Shown here: piece after piece, positions 1 to 13,669 of the stretch
Numbering within the stretch: position 1 is the stretch's first letter
Layout of the letters: each line of letters starts with the position of its first letter
Assembly (NCBI GenBank): GCA_951406725.2
Contig: OX597815.1
Coordinates: forward strand, 8,432,001 to 8,496,000
DNA length: 64,000 bases
Reading direction: 5' to 3'
DNA from: Octopus vulgaris
Taxonomy: Eukaryota
Position numbers and translations under genes: made by a program
Notes under the pieces: generated by a model
Told to the model about the DNA's origin: nothing
Database searches by the model: none
Seen by the model: the letters and a program-made list of their open reading frames with translations, nothing else

Positions 1-597
1 TGATCGATTTCGATTTCACTTGCCTCAACAGGTGTTCACAAGCAGAGTTTTGTGTCCAAAGAAGGAAAGGTATACATAAGTGAACTGGTTACATCCCAGG
101 TAATGGTCACACAAATTGTGATGTAATACATGTACAGGTGGTTGTGCTATAAAACGTACATGGTTCTGTGATCTGATGCATGTACATGTTGGTGTGATGC
201 ATCAGCTGCATAGCTGCAAGAGAACTTAAGGTTGAACACTGGAGAGCTATTCTGCTGCTTGACCTGTAAGAGTAGCAGTCAAATCTATCTAGAACTTTCA
301 CCCTCTTATATAAGGCAAGGAAATATTACATACTTGTATTCCTACAAACTCCTAAAAGAAGACTGGATCGTCAGGCTTGAAATGCTGTTGATCATGAGTC
401 TGCTCGGCCAGAGTTGAGCTGAGGTTAAAACAACAACTTAAGGTTGATCACTTAAACTACTGATATGGAATAAAAGGGATTCTCTGGATCTACTGACAAG
501 TCCTTAGATGACATTTCTGAGCTAAGTTACAGATTGAATCTGTGTCCTTTATTTAATAATATAAATAATATGTATATATGCATATATACACACACAT

Positions 598-830
598 AGA
601 TTGGCACATTTTGGTCATATTATGCGGAGAAAATCCCTGGAGAAGGACATCATGCTCAGAATGGTCAGTGGCAAGATAGGAAGAGGCCGACCAAGAACCC
701 GCTGGCTTGACACCATTAAGAGTGACACGGGAATGGCCATAGCCAATCTGAAAGAAGCGACCCAGGATAGAATTGGCTGGAGGACACTGATCCATTGAGT
801 AACCGAAAGTCGACTACGACTGAGCGGATA
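598..830 (+). mobile_element. RTE/BovB-like LINE 3' end fragment
   Basis: FGHIMRRKSLEKDIML..GRGRPRTRWLDTIK..DRIGWR, typical RTE C-terminus, followed by a (GATA)n tail. Confidence 0.75.
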
Positions 831-879
831 AATAGATAGATAGATACACACATGCATATACATGTTTACATATATATAT

Positions 880-1430
880 GTATATATGGGTATAGGACAT
901 CAAAAAAACGTGAACAAATTGAGAAACGAGAACATAAAAAACAAGAGCATGGAAAACGAACTTTTTTTTTGTACAACTAAAGTAACAAATAGATAAACGA
1001 CACAGGCAAAGTAGAGAACAATCCCTTCATCAGTTGTCCCCTGTTTTATCTACTCCATGTTTCGAAGGTAGGGACAAGACGCGACTTTGTTAAAACAGTC
1101 CTTCCCGCAAAGCAAATTAAATAAAATTTGGGATTTTTTGCGGAGGGTTAAAGTGGTAACAAAAACAGGACAGTAAGAACAAACAGTGAGGGCTGTTAAG
1201 CCATAACGAGGTGAAGTGGTGAACACTGGGAAAATGAGCTTTGAGAAGAGACAGGCAAAAGCACGTCTTATCTTTAGAAAGGAAGTGGAAGAAAGAAAGA
1301 TAGAGTCAAGGAGGAAGAGTGAGAGAGAGAGGGGGAATGGTGAAGGGCAGAGGAGAAGAATTAGAGAAAGGGTGGGAGAGAAAACCAGAAAGGAAGTATC
1401 CTTTATTTAATAACTGGGTTTGCTATTCTA
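880..1430 (-). mobile_element. (TA)n-associated Penelope-like repeat with hammerhead-like motif
   Basis: Left end is related in reverse complement to 34455-34590 and 45295-45400 (ttttttggtgtcctgtacccata); contains CTGATGA and GAAAC on the minus strand. Confidence 0.4.
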
Positions 1431-2619
1431 ACCACTGGCCAAAGCAGAGCAGTACTGCAATTAAAAAATAAAGACTTTAGGTACAGGTATGACTGTGTGG
1501 TAAGAAGTTTGCTTCCCATCCACATGGTTCAGGGTTCAGTCTCACTGTGTGGCACCTTGGGTGTTTTTTACTATGGCCCTAGGCCAACCAAAGTCTTCCT
1601 TGGATCTTTCCTTTTCCTATGTTTCTGACGAAGAGCTCCGCTCAAAACGTTAAATCCTCCTTTCTTTCCTTTCCTGAGTGTCCAATAACACTATACTTGT
1701 TCCACATCCTCGCGTTGTGTTTTCATGTTTGGATTAACTTTATATATATAGTTAAATCCAATAGATGCCCTTCCTAACGAGAGTGGTTGGCGTTAGGAAG
1801 GGCATCCAGCTGTAGAAACTCTGCCAGATCAAGATTGGAACCTAGCGCAGCCATCTGGTTCGCCAGTCCTCAGTCAAATCGTCCAACTCATGCTAGCATG
1901 GAAAGCAGACGTTAAACGATGATGATGATGATGATGATGTGAGTGTTTGTCCCCTGCCACTGCTTGGCAATTGGTGTTTGTTTGTTTACATCCCTGTAGC
2001 TTAGTAACCTGGTAAAAGAGACTGAAAGAATAAGTACCAGGTCTAAAAAAAAGGTTGATTTTTTGGGGCTAAAATACTTTAAGGTGGTGCCCCAGCATGG
2101 CTACAGTCCAACGACTAAACCAAAAAATAAAAGACATCTCCAACAATGATGCATTCAACAGAAATGATGGCAACAAAGGAATCAGTCTAGTGGTTAAGTA
2201 CTTATAAAATGCATCAGTAGTTAGAATAGCAGATGCAGTTGGTAACATAAAGGTTCCAAGTTCTGTCACTGGTTTAGCACAAGAGTATCACCTGAAGTTG
2301 ATTGGTATGCAAGCCAAACAACAGAACTGTTGTAAACTCATCTCAGAAAAATGCAGACCAATTGTAAAACTAATTAAAGGCTTTCTTCTTTGCTTAGCTT
2401 GTTAGGAAGTCTATTGGTACGTAAGGAACATTATTTTAATAAATTCTGGTTTGTGAACAACACAAGAAGCCTGAAGATCACTATAAATGCTAAGCTTCCT
2501 CGTCCTTCTTACGGTAAATGAACATTCTCAATATGACTGAAAGAAAAAAGACTTCAGCTGGCAACAACTATCAATTTTTTACAAGGCTAAAATAAGGCCC
2601 ATAATGGGGCACTGATACC

Positions 2620-2854
2620 TATTTCTTTACTACCCACAAGAGGCTAAACACAGAAGGGACAAACAAGGACAGACAGACGGATTAAGTCGATTATATTGAC
2701 CCCAGTGCGTAACTGGTACTTATTTAATCGACCCCGAAAGGATGAAAAGCAAAGCTGTACTCGGCGGAATTTGAACTCAGAACGTAGCGGCAGACGAAAT
2801 ACTGCTAAGCATTTTGCCCGGCATGTTAACGTTTCTGCCAGCTCGCCGCCTTAT
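2620..2854 (-). mobile_element. tRNA-derived SINE, family D, monomer
   Basis: B-box GAGTTCAAATTCC on the minus strand; 15 bp TSD tggggcactgatacc at 2605-2619 and 2855-2869. Confidence 0.85.
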
Positions 2855-4330
2855 TGGGGCACTGATACCACTTTTTGGACAGTGCTGTTACACTACACAC
2901 AAAGATTTTAAGCTGCATTCAAAGAAAGGTGACTTGACCTGCCAAACTCTGGTCCACAGATGTACTGTTTCCTCCCTCACTGCCCTCCTCTTTCTACAAG
3001 AGCCACTATTTGGAGCTGGATAATCTCATGTCACATCTACTTAGGTGCCCTCAGTCACTTGTCTCTCCTCCTCTCAGAACCCATATTGCTTCTACCATGT
3101 CTAGGCCCTGCACTAACCATCTTTAATTCCTTCTTTGCAGATGTTTTTCCTGCAGCCATCGACTTGCAACCAATCACACCAGTCTCAGAAACCCTGCAAA
3201 AGCCGCACTGGACTAAAAATAAATAAATGGCAAAATGTATAACTGGAAACTTCTCATTTCTTCTACTAGTTTAAGTACAAACCAACCTGGAATATTCTGT
3301 TTAGTTACTTTACCTGAAGAAACAGCACCCAATTCTCACTTAAATCACACTCTATGTTTAGAAAAGGAAAGTAAACATCAAATCATTAGTTTGTGATATC
3401 TCTGAATCGACAGGAAGGCCATGGATGAACTACCTTTGATCATAAGTTTGCTTGATCAGGACTGACCTGGAGCTAAACAACAGCAATAATATTGGTTTTC
3501 ACTCAAGACAAATGTTCGATATTTTAAACAAAGACAAGATGTCTACACCTTTCATAGAGGAATTAGTCGTGTTGTGACTGGTTTTTTTTTGAGTATTGTG
3601 ACTCCAGGGTACAGTCGAGCTTTTGGGAACTTAACTCCTTGTTCTAAGGTTTGTAACACTTTACAGCAGACAATACAAAAACTGTTCAAAATCTGCTAAT
3701 CTTCACCATCTCACTTCTCCCTCAATGCATGGAATATGCTGTAGTTTAGTTCCAGGTCAGCTGAATGAAGTAGATCTACAATGAAAGGGCTTTCCAGCCA
3801 TGACCATGCTAGTGTATTTAGAATCATATCCAATTTTCGTTTTTTCTTCTTTTAAAGTGGTAGAATGGAATGAAGGAGGTTTGGCTGCTATCTCAAGCAG
3901 ATTGACACATCTTCATTGACTTGTTCATGATGAAGGAGCAGAATGGTGCGAAAGTGAAGAAAGAGTCACCTCTTGACCGCTGAAGCCAAGTCATGGTGTA
4001 GATTTTTACACACAAGTGAAGTTTTAGGAGAGAGCAAATTTTCGTTGAATTTCACATTAATTCTGTGTGAAGGGAGACAATTCTTATTTATGGACAAAAT
4101 TCAAGACTTGTAAAAACTTAAATCCGATATGTTATCACCTACTTTGCACTCACACACAACTTTACGGTTTTGATTAATAAGAGAGAGGAGGTTGTCATCA
4201 GATCAAAGACCTGACCTAAATGTTTGCAACAGATTAGACTCTGCTGAAAGTACACAGGGCCAGGGGATGGGTTAAGCTTTACAAGTCTTTGGATGACCTA
4301 AGGATATGGTAGAAGATACCTGTGCAGCAT

Positions 4331-4740
4331 ATCATCATCATCGTTTAACGTCCGCTTTCCATGCTAGCATGGGTTGGACGATTTTGACTGAGGGCTGGCG
4401 AACCAGATGGCTGCACCCGGCTCCAATCTTGATCTGGCAGAGTTTTTACAGTTGGATGCCCTTCCTAACGCCAACCACTCCAAGAGGATAGTGGGTGCTT
4501 TTTACTTGCCACCAGCATGGGGGCCAGTCAGGCGGTACTGGCAATGACCTCACTCGAATCTTTTTACACATGCCACCGGCACAGGTGCTAATAAGGCGAC
4601 GTTGGTAACGATCACGCTCGAATGGTGCCCTTTTACGTGCCACCGGCATGGAAGCCAGTTGGCTGCTCTGGCAACGATCACGCTCAGATGTTGCTCTTGG
4701 CACCCTACTAGCATGGGCACAAGTGCCAGTAAGGCGACGC
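4331..4740 (-). mobile_element. RTE LINE 3'UTR-derived repeat (family A)
   Basis: Shared core ...ttaggaagggcatccagctgtagaaac...gttaaacga(tga)n with internal GTGCCNNNGGCAC repeats. Confidence 0.8.
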
Positions 4741-4840
4741 AAAGGAGATTCCAAGTGTGGAAGCCAAATGGACACTCTATGAACTATGCAGACATAGATG
4801 TAAAGATGAAGTTTTAGGGTTGCAGAGAACAAATGTTTTT

Positions 4841-5243
4841 TACTCTTTTACTTGTTTCAGTCATTTGACTGCGGCCATGCTGGAGCACCGCCTTTAATCG
4901 AGCAACTCGACCCTGGGACTTATTCTTTTGTAAGCCCAGGACTTATTCTATCGGTCTCTTTTGCCGAACAACTAAGTAACGGGGACATAAACACACCAGC
5001 ATCGGTTGTCAAGCAATGCTAGGGGGACAAACACAGACACACAAACACACACACATACATATATATATGTACATATATACGACAGGCTTCTTTCAGTTTC
5101 CGTCTACCAAATCCACTCACAAAGCTTCGGTCGGCCCGAGGCTATAGCAGAAGACACTTGCCCAAGATGCCACGCAGTGGAACTGAACCCGGAACCATGT
5201 GGTTGGTTAGCAAGCTACTTACCACACAGCCACTCCTGCGCCT
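4841..5243 (-). mobile_element. tRNA-derived SINE, family B, full length
   Basis: Head ggcgcaggagtggctgtgtggtaag...gggttcagt (A/B boxes), central (TA/TG)n, tail (gagtaaaa)n; many near-identical copies in the window. Confidence 0.85.
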
Positions 5244-5793
5244 AATTTTGTTTTCTTTATTTCAGAGTTCTGTATGAAAGGAACTAATTCCCGTTGCTTG
5301 TAGAAGACATTGAAGGCCTGTTGGTGAAATTTACTTAAGTTAGAGTTTATACAACTGAATCTAAGATATAATCAGATATGTACTGATATAGTTTAAACAT
5401 GGTGGCATACATCTGAATTATCTACGGACAGGTGAACAACTAGTACCACAATGTGTGTAATATGACAAGGAGAGATATACTAGAGGACTTTGCACCTGTC
5501 GAGAGGGAGAGAGAGAGAGAGAAAGAGAGATAATGGTCGAGTGAACATGATAGGTTTTGTTGGTCAAAACTTACTTCAGAGCCCATATCTAAAATATACG
5601 ATGACCTTGAATTTTTCTTATCTAATCAACCACACTGAAATTATATAACGACAACACATTCGCACACTTCTATGTTTGTGTGCCTGCATTATTAAGTAGG
5701 ATTAATTATTAGAAATGTCTCGTAAATAAAACTCGTAAAAAGATGGAAAGGTTTATAGGAAGAAAATCAGTGTCTACAGAGGTCAAATCACAA

Positions 5794-6392
5794 ATCATCA
5801 TCATCATCATCATCATCGTTTAGCGTCCGCTTTCCATGCTAGCATGGGTTGGACGGTTCAACTGGGGTCTGGCGAGCCCGAAGGCTGCACCAGGCCAGTC
5901 AGATCTGGCAGTGTTTCTACAGCTGGATGCCCTTCCTAACGCCAACCACTCCGAGAGTGTAGTGGGTGATTTTATGTGCCACCGACACAGGTGCCAGACG
6001 AGGCTGGCAGACGGTCACGCTCGAATGGTGTTTTTTTATGTGCCACCGACACAGGTGCCAGACGAGGCTGGCAGACGGCCATGCTCGGATGGTGTTTTTT
6101 ATGTGCCACCGACACAGGTGCCAGACGAGGCTGGCGAACGGCTACGATCGGATGGTGTTTGTTACGTGCCCACAGCACGGGGCCAGTCGATGCGGTACTG
6201 GCTACGGTCCCGTTCGGATGGTTTTCTTATGTGCCACCGGCACTGGGACCACAAGGATACAAATTCCATTGATGTTCATCTATTTGATTTGATTCGATTT
6301 GACTTGACTTTCACTTGCCTCAACAGGTCTTCACAAGTATCACAAGCAGGAAGGTATGCACAGGTGGACTGACTACATCCCAGGTAGTGGCC
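5794..6392 (-). mobile_element. Family A repeat with three ~58 bp internal tandem units
   Basis: (GAT)n tail; repeated tttatgtgccaccgacacaggtgccagacgaggctggc; nearly identical to 9662-10034. Confidence 0.8.
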
Positions 6393-6619
6393 ATATATAT
6401 TGTTAAAGTGGACAACAAACGTTATGGCAAGACAAACACCTCAAGTTATATAGATTATTATGATTTCTGCTATATCGAATATCTACAACGGCTCCATAAC
6501 TACTATCTTGCCTATAACCTCGGAGCCCTGGTAATCTGTTACAGCACTTACCTGGTCATTTAGATCACCTGTGAATTAAATCTCCATACTTTGTGTGTGT
6601 GTGTGTGTATATATATATA

Positions 6620-7033
6620 CTCTTACTCTTTTACTTGTTTCAGTCATTTGACTGTGGCCATGCTGGAGCACCGCCTTTAGTCGACCAAATCGACCCCGGG
6701 ACTTATTCTTTGTAAGCCCAGTACTTATTCTATCGGTCTCTTTTGCCGAACCGCTAAGTGACGGGACCTAAACACACCAGCATCGGTTGTCAAGCAATGC
6801 TAGGGGGACAAACACAGACACACAAATATACACACACATACATACATACATATATATATATATACATATATCCAACAGGCTTCTTTCAGTTTCCGTCTAC
6901 CAAATCCACTCACAAGGCATTGGTCGACCCGAGGCTATAGCAGAAAACACTTGCCCAAGATGCCATGCAGTGGGACTGAACCTGGAACCATGTGGTTGGT
7001 AAGCAAGCTACTTACCACACAGCCACTCCTGCG
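6620..7033 (-). mobile_element. SINE family B, full length
   Basis: Collinear with 4841-5243. Confidence 0.85.
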
Positions 7034-7508
7034 CATATATATATATACACACACATCTCCGTCATTTAAAAGCATGAAGATGATAATTCCACTCTACTGC
7101 TGCTTATTATAGGGGTCTGTTTCTATTTTTATATATTTATTTTTTTTGCTGTACATCCTAATATATATATATATACACACACACACATATATATAATGAC
7201 AGGTACAATGATGAATTTAGGGTACAGTTCTCAGTCCCCTCCGACTCATCATTGTCCTCCAGGTTATAACAGGTATTTAAGACAGGTGCTGATGACCTCA
7301 TCCTCATTGCAGGTCTAATACAATTAGGAAAGGAATTCCAGGTGTGAAAGCAAAACCTGGAATTAAAGTTAATTAAGCAAAGACCAAAGTCCTAGTAAGC
7401 AGAACAGACAGAACTCCACTCCCTTCAGGTAAACTGTCCTACTTGATATGTAGAAAAGGTGTAGAGAGGAATTTCATAAGGCGTATGAAACAAGCTATGT
7501 ACACACTT

Positions 7509-7901
7509 TAGGAGAGAAGCGCTCCGTCGGTTACGACGATGAGGGTTCCGGTTGATCTGAATCAACGGAACAGCCTGCTCGTGAAATTAACGTGTAAGTG
7601 GCTGAGTACTCCACAGACATGTGCACCCTTAACGTAGTTCTCGGGGATATTCAGCATGACACAGAGAGTGACAAGGCCGGCCCCTTGAAATACAGGTACA
7701 ACAGAAACAGGAAGTAAGAGTGAGAGAAAGTTGTGGTGAAAGAGTACAGCAGGGATCACCACCATCCCCTGCCGGAGCCTCGTGGAGCTTTTAGGTGTTT
7801 TCGCTCAATAAACACTCACAACGCCCGGTCTGGGAATCGAAACCGTGATCCTATGACCACGAGTCCACTGCCCTAACAACTGGGCCATTGCGCCTCCACT
7901 G
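7509..7901 (-). mobile_element. tRNA-derived SINE, family C, inserted in a decayed RTE fragment (~7200-8010)
   Basis: Head gtggaggcgcaatggcccag..ggttcgattcc-like; 11 bp TSD tgtacacactt; collinear with 23695-24080. Confidence 0.85.
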
Positions 7902-8102
7902 TGTACACACTTGAGGTGCAGTGGAATCACAATAACAGAGAAAGTAGTGTTTGTATGCAGGAGCAATAAGCACTAATGACATATGGGAAACGGATTTTCT
8001 TGAATGCTCCGGAGCAGGCCTGGCCAACTCGAATTACACTGCAGGTCACTTTAATCACAAAGTTTTTTGAGGGCTGCTTGTATACTTTATGCACTAATAG
8101 CA

Positions 8103-8615
8103 TAACTGGCATCCGTTGCTAGTGGAGCGCTAAGAGTACCATACGAGTGAGATCGTTGCCAGAGCAACAAGCTGACCTCTGTACCAATGGCATGTTAAAC
8201 ACACCATTCAAGCATGATCGTTACCTGCGTCGCCTTACTAGCACTTGTGCTGGTGGCATGTGAAATATTCGAGCGAGGTCGTCCCCAGTGCCGCTGGACT
8301 GGCTCTTGTGCAGGTGGCACATAAAAACCACCATTTGGGCGTGGCCGTTGCCAGTTCCACCAAACTGGCCCTCGTGCCGGTGGCACGTAAAAGCACCCAC
8401 TACACTCTCGGAATGGTTGGCATTAGGAAGGGCATCCAGCTGTAGAAACTCTAAAGGTGTTTAGTCAAACAAACAGACACCAGTATTTATTTATTATTTT
8501 AAAGTCTGGTACTTATTCTATTAATCTCTTTTGCTGAATTACTAAGTTGCAGGAATGTAAACAAACCAACACAAGTTATCAGGTAGTAGAGAACAGACAC
8601 AAACACATACATACA

Positions 8616-8669
<54 letters not shown>

Positions 8670-11600
8670 GCTTTCACACAGCTTCTGTTGACCAAATCCA
8701 CTGACAAAACTTTGGTTGGTCTAGGGCTATAGTAGAAAACATTTATCCAAGGTGCCACATTGTGGGACTGAACCTGAAACCATATTGTTGGGAAGCATGC
8801 CAGACATTAACAGGTTAGTTTGAAGGAGACTTGGCTATTAATTTTAGCAAGTGAAGCAACTGTACAAAAATTTATGGTGTCTGGTTCTTCAAGATATTTG
8901 GCTGTTATTTCTAGCAGGTCAAGTAACCATACACTCAAAGACCAGTGATTTCCAGATGTCTTTAATTCATGGAACACAATTATAATGCTGACCTTGGGAC
9001 ACATTTGGTTGAGTAGTTTAAACATGGATGTTCTGTTATTTTAAAACATATTATTTGTGATTGAACCAAATTCGATGACTGGCACCCAGCCATTGCCAGT
9101 GCCGCTGGACTGACTCCTGTGCAGGTGACAAGTAAAGAAACACCGTTTCGACCCTGTGCTTGAGGTGACCTATTGAGTCGAGTACATCAACATCAAAAAT
9201 CAATGGAAATTGTAGTTGTGATCCCTGTGCCGGTGGCACGTAAAAAGCAACATCCAAACATGGCTGATGCCAGTGCTGCCTTGAATGGCTTCTGTGCCGG
9301 TGGCACGTAAAAAGCACCAACCGATCGTGGCTGTTGCCAGCCTCGCCTGGCACCTGTGCCGGTGGCATGTAAAATAGCACCCACTACACTCACGGAGTGG
9401 TTGGCGTTAGGAAGGGCATCCAGCTGTAGAAACACTGCTAGATCAGACTGGAGCCTGGTGCAGCCTCCTGGCTTCCTAGACCCTGGTTGAACCGTCCAAC
9501 CCATGCCAGCATGGAAAACGGACGTTAAACGATGATGATGATGATGATGACTAATGCCTTCTGTTTACCATTTTACATATATTTTTATATTTCTTTGTGA
9601 GTGAAATTGTTTATGTTGAAGTAATGGTTGTTATACCCTGATGACCTTTTAAACTACAAATTCATCATCATCATCATCATCATCATCGTTTAACGTCCGC
9701 TTTCCATGCTAGCATGGGTTGGACGGTTCAACTGGGGTCTGGGGAGCCCGAAGGCTGCACCAGGCCAGTCAGATCTGGCAGTGTTTCTACAGCTGGATGC
9801 CCTTCCTAACGCCAACCACTCCGAGAGTGTAGTGGGTGATTTTATGTGCCACCGACACAGGTGCCAGACGAGGCTGGCGAACGGCCACGCTCGGATGGTG
9901 TTTTTATGTGCCACCGACACAGGTGCCAGACGAGGCTGGCAGACGGCCACGCTCGGATGGTGTTTTTATGTGCCACCGACACAGGTGCCAGACGAGGCTG
10001 GCAGACGGCCATGCTCGGATGGTGTTTTTATGTGTCTTCAGGGTAATGGCCTAATTGCTTGCAAGAGAGTGAACTCTAATTTAATCACCAATGGTTGATG
10101 ACCAGATAGATTAGAATTACTACCAACTAACCTGGTGGTGTTAAACCTGCCAATGGATAGTGAAATGCTCTTAGCATTTCCTTGGCACCAGTATTATTAT
10201 TATTTATCCACAAAGACAACTCTATTATTACTACTGTTGTTTCACCCCCATGAAATCTGTGACTGAGCAGATCTATGATCAAGGGCAATCCAGCTGAGAC
10301 CATGCTTATCTTTTGAAAGGCATGTAAGGACTATTATTATAACCATTAGATTCTAATGTGCCTTATCCTCATTGAAGATGGCTGAGTGTGATTTGTGGGA
10401 GATTTGGATTTCTGTGACAAGTGAAATCGAAATTGAACCAAATTCAATGACTGGCACCCATGCCAGTGGAGCGCTAACAGCTTCATTCAAGCGGGATCAC
10501 TGCCAGAGCAGCTGTCTGGCACATAAAGAGCACCATTTGAGTGTGATCGTTGTCAGCGTCGCCTCACTGCGAACTCATTGCCAGTGCTGCTGGACTGACT
10601 TCTGTGCAGGTGGCACATAAAATACACCATGTTTTAATGTGGCCGTTGCCAGTACCGCCAGACTGGTCCTCGTGCCGGTGGCACATAAAAAGCACCCTCT
10701 ACACTCTCAGAGTGGTTGGTATTAGGAAGGTCATCCAGCTGTAGAAACTCTGCCAGATCAGATTGGAGCCTGGTGCAGTCATCTGGTTTGCCAGTCCTCT
10801 GTCAAATCGTCCAACCCATGCTAGCATGGAAAGTGGACGTTAAACAATGATGATGATGAAGTGACAACATTAAGGCTCCCTCAGTAAAATGGTAATTATA
10901 CTGCAACTGGTTTTGAATTCTGAAAATTGCCAGATTCCTTCATGTATGTTGCTGATGCCTTTTAGTAATGTATAAATGACTCAAGCCCTTTGTAAATCAG
11001 AGACTTTGGTGAGACTGGTCGATTAAATCAACTCTGACATACTACTGGTACAGGTGAATTTGGATGACAGGTAACATGCTTTTTGAATGTAGAAATTGGA
11101 AGGGACAAAGCAGTGTCAAACATTGAATCCTGCAATCACTGTTTGTTATAAACAACACAAAAATTATTTCTAAGAAACAAAATAAACATGACTGTAATGG
11201 TTAAATATACTTTATAAAGTGAATAGATGATATGTATATACAAGAACTACATGACTGCTGCAAATATAATTTTGAATTCTTTGAAGTAATCACAATGACT
11301 AATATTCTACAACTAGTTGGTTTTATATACACCATCATCATCGTTTAACGTCCGTTTTCCATGCTAGCATGGGTTGGACGATTCGACTGGGGTCTGGGAA
11401 GCCAGGAGGCTGTACCAGGCTCCAGTCTGACCTGGCAGTGTTTCTACAGCTGGATGCCCTTCCTAATGCCAACCACTCTGTGAGTGTAGTGGGTGCTTTT
11501 TATGTGCCCAGGCAAGGCTGGCAACGGCCACAATCGGTTGGTGCCTTTTATGTGCTACCGGCACGTAAGCCGGTCAAAGCAGCGCTGGCATCAGCCACGT

Positions 11601-11697
11601 TTGCATGGTGCTTTTTACGTGCCACCGGCACAGGTATCACAACTACAATTTCCATTTGATTTTTTGATGTTGATGTACTTGACTCAATAGGTCTCTT
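8103..11697. mobile_element. Cluster of five family A copies (8103-8451 +, 9060-9550 +, 9662-10034 -, 10418-10858 +, 11333-11697 -) and a decayed family B SINE (~8455-8795)
   Basis: Shared aggaagggcatccagctgtagaaac core and (GAT)n tails; unique sequence lies between the copies. Confidence 0.75.
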
Positions 11698-11710
11698 CAT
11701 TATAAATATA

Positions 11711-11743
<33 letters not shown>

Positions 11744-12099
11744 GATGACTTGAAATATTGAGAATTCCTCCTTATAGCGTATGAGATGAAAAACTAAACT
11801 ACTTTACGAATAAAAACAATTTTGACCCCCTTAGTTGGAAATTATTTTCAATTATTGTAGAACTTTTAGATAATTGTTGTAACATGTCTTGAGTGGAAAG
11901 CTAGTTTCATATATGCTAGAAAAATGTCCTTGTCAAAAGATGAAAAAGTTTAATCCTAAAAATGGCACAACATAACAATAAACCTGTTCAACTGACCAGA
12001 GCAGTTTGACTGTATGAAAGGCAGTACAGTAGACCAGCTACTCTGGTATAATCGAGCCATGGCAATCAACAGAGGTACTGGAGCCAAGACGTGTTGATA

Positions 12100-12555
12100 T
12101 ATTTCTTTACTACCCACAAGGGGCTAAACACAGAGGGGACAAACAAGGACAGACAAACGGATTAAGTCGATTACATCGACCCAGTACGCAACTGGTACTT
12201 AATTTATCAACCCCGAAAGGATGAAAGGCAAAGTCGATCTCGGCGGAATTTGAACCCAGAACGTAACGGCAGACGAAATACCTATTTCTTTACTACCCAC
12301 AAGGGGCTAAACACAGAGGGGACAAACAAGGACAGACAAACGGATTAAGTCGATTACATCGACCCCAGTGCGTAACTGGTACTTATTTAATCGACCCCGA
12401 AAGGATGAAAGGCAAAGTCGATCTCGGCGGAATTTGAACCCAGAACGTAACGGCAGACGAAATACCTATTTCTTTACTACCCACAAGGGGCTAAACACGG
12501 GCAGACAAACGGATGAAGTCGATTAATTACATCGTCTCCAGGGCGTAACTGGTTG
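12100..12555 (-). mobile_element. Tandem array of SINE family D (~2.5 units)
   Basis: ~188 bp units joined at gacgaaatac|ctatttcttt. Confidence 0.85.
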
Positions 12556-13352
12556 ATAAATTTTGGGGACCTCGAAGTTGGTGAAGGTTGCGAAGAGGAG
12601 AGGAAGTTGTGTGAGGAGAGAAAGCGGAAGGGACGAGACTAAGAAAGTAAATAGATGTCGGCTGTGAGCTAGTTTGATTAATGCTAAATGGACTTCTGAA
12701 TCACCTTAAGTAGGATGTATCGATCGTTCTGCGCAACGAACGCATCGGCCCATCCACAACTTTCGTGTTTCTTTGAAAGCCTTGTATATATATATAGCAT
12801 GCTAAATTACTAGCCTGGTGTTCAAACCCCAATATCACCATACTGAGAGTTCACGACGAGAGGGGAGAAAACACTTTTAGTATTACACAAGTAATTTATT
12901 TATATTAACAAGGACGGACGAAAGGCGAAGTTGACCTCGGTGGGATTCGAACAATAATTACCAAAACGCGTTTGACCGGTGCCTCTAGCAATTCCTCTTG
13001 TAATTTCTAGTTTGTCCCTTTGGTAGATGCCCACAATATTATTATACATTATCGTCCTAACAACCCTGGTCACCTTTTTTCAGTTAGGGAACTCGTTCAC
13101 CTGTAAACATGTTTATAAAACCAAAAATCAGTACAACACTCATGACTTTCAGAAACATTTTTCCGTACTTGGAATAAACTACCGGCGTCGGATAATTAGC
13201 TGTCGGGACCCTAATTATCCTTCGAAAGTTCCCAGCTTCATGAAACTGGCCAACACTACTTTTGACTTGCTTATACATCCATTCATTTCTTCTTTATTTT
13301 GTGTGTGACTCTTACTGATCACTTCGATCTTTTCGTTTTATATCCCGTGTAT

Positions 13353-13669
13353 GGCAATCTTTCGTCTCAAGTAGACCTTTCCGTCGATTTCCGTAAAAAA
13401 ACTTCTTTTTTTTTTTTACATATGGGCTTGCGGGAACTTTTGAAGTAACGAGAGCGAAAGAGACTAAGAGAAAGCGATTGTATGACGAGGGAAGTTCTTT
13501 TGAAGTTACCGTGCATGGGACGCATTGATGTACATGTGTGTGTGTGTGTGTGTGTTTGATGGGGTGTGGGAGACAGACAGTATGTTGTGTAATCGACGGA
13601 AAGGTCTACTAGAGACGAAAGATCGCCCCCGTGGGCAATCTTTCGTCTCTAGTGTAGACCTTTCCGTCG
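13353..13669. mobile_element. MITE with ~36 bp TIRs (13353-13627) abutted by a further TIR copy (13633-13669)
   Basis: ggcaatctttcgtctcaagtagacctttccgtcgatt ... aatcgacggaaaggtctactagagacgaaagatcgcc. Confidence 0.65.

Noticed and set aside
5246-5325. Strong splice acceptor (ttttctttatttcag) and possible small exon
   Set aside because: No recognisable coding frame or partner exons; unsupported without RNA data.
5966-6245. CRISPR-like palindromic repeats with spacers (family A modules; also 9836-10034)
   Set aside because: Spacers are homologous to each other, there are no cas genes, the context is eukaryotic, and the modules belong to a LINE 3'UTR.
12560-13020. CpG-richer unique segment as a possible promoter
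   Set aside because: No associated gene visible; composition alone is insufficient.
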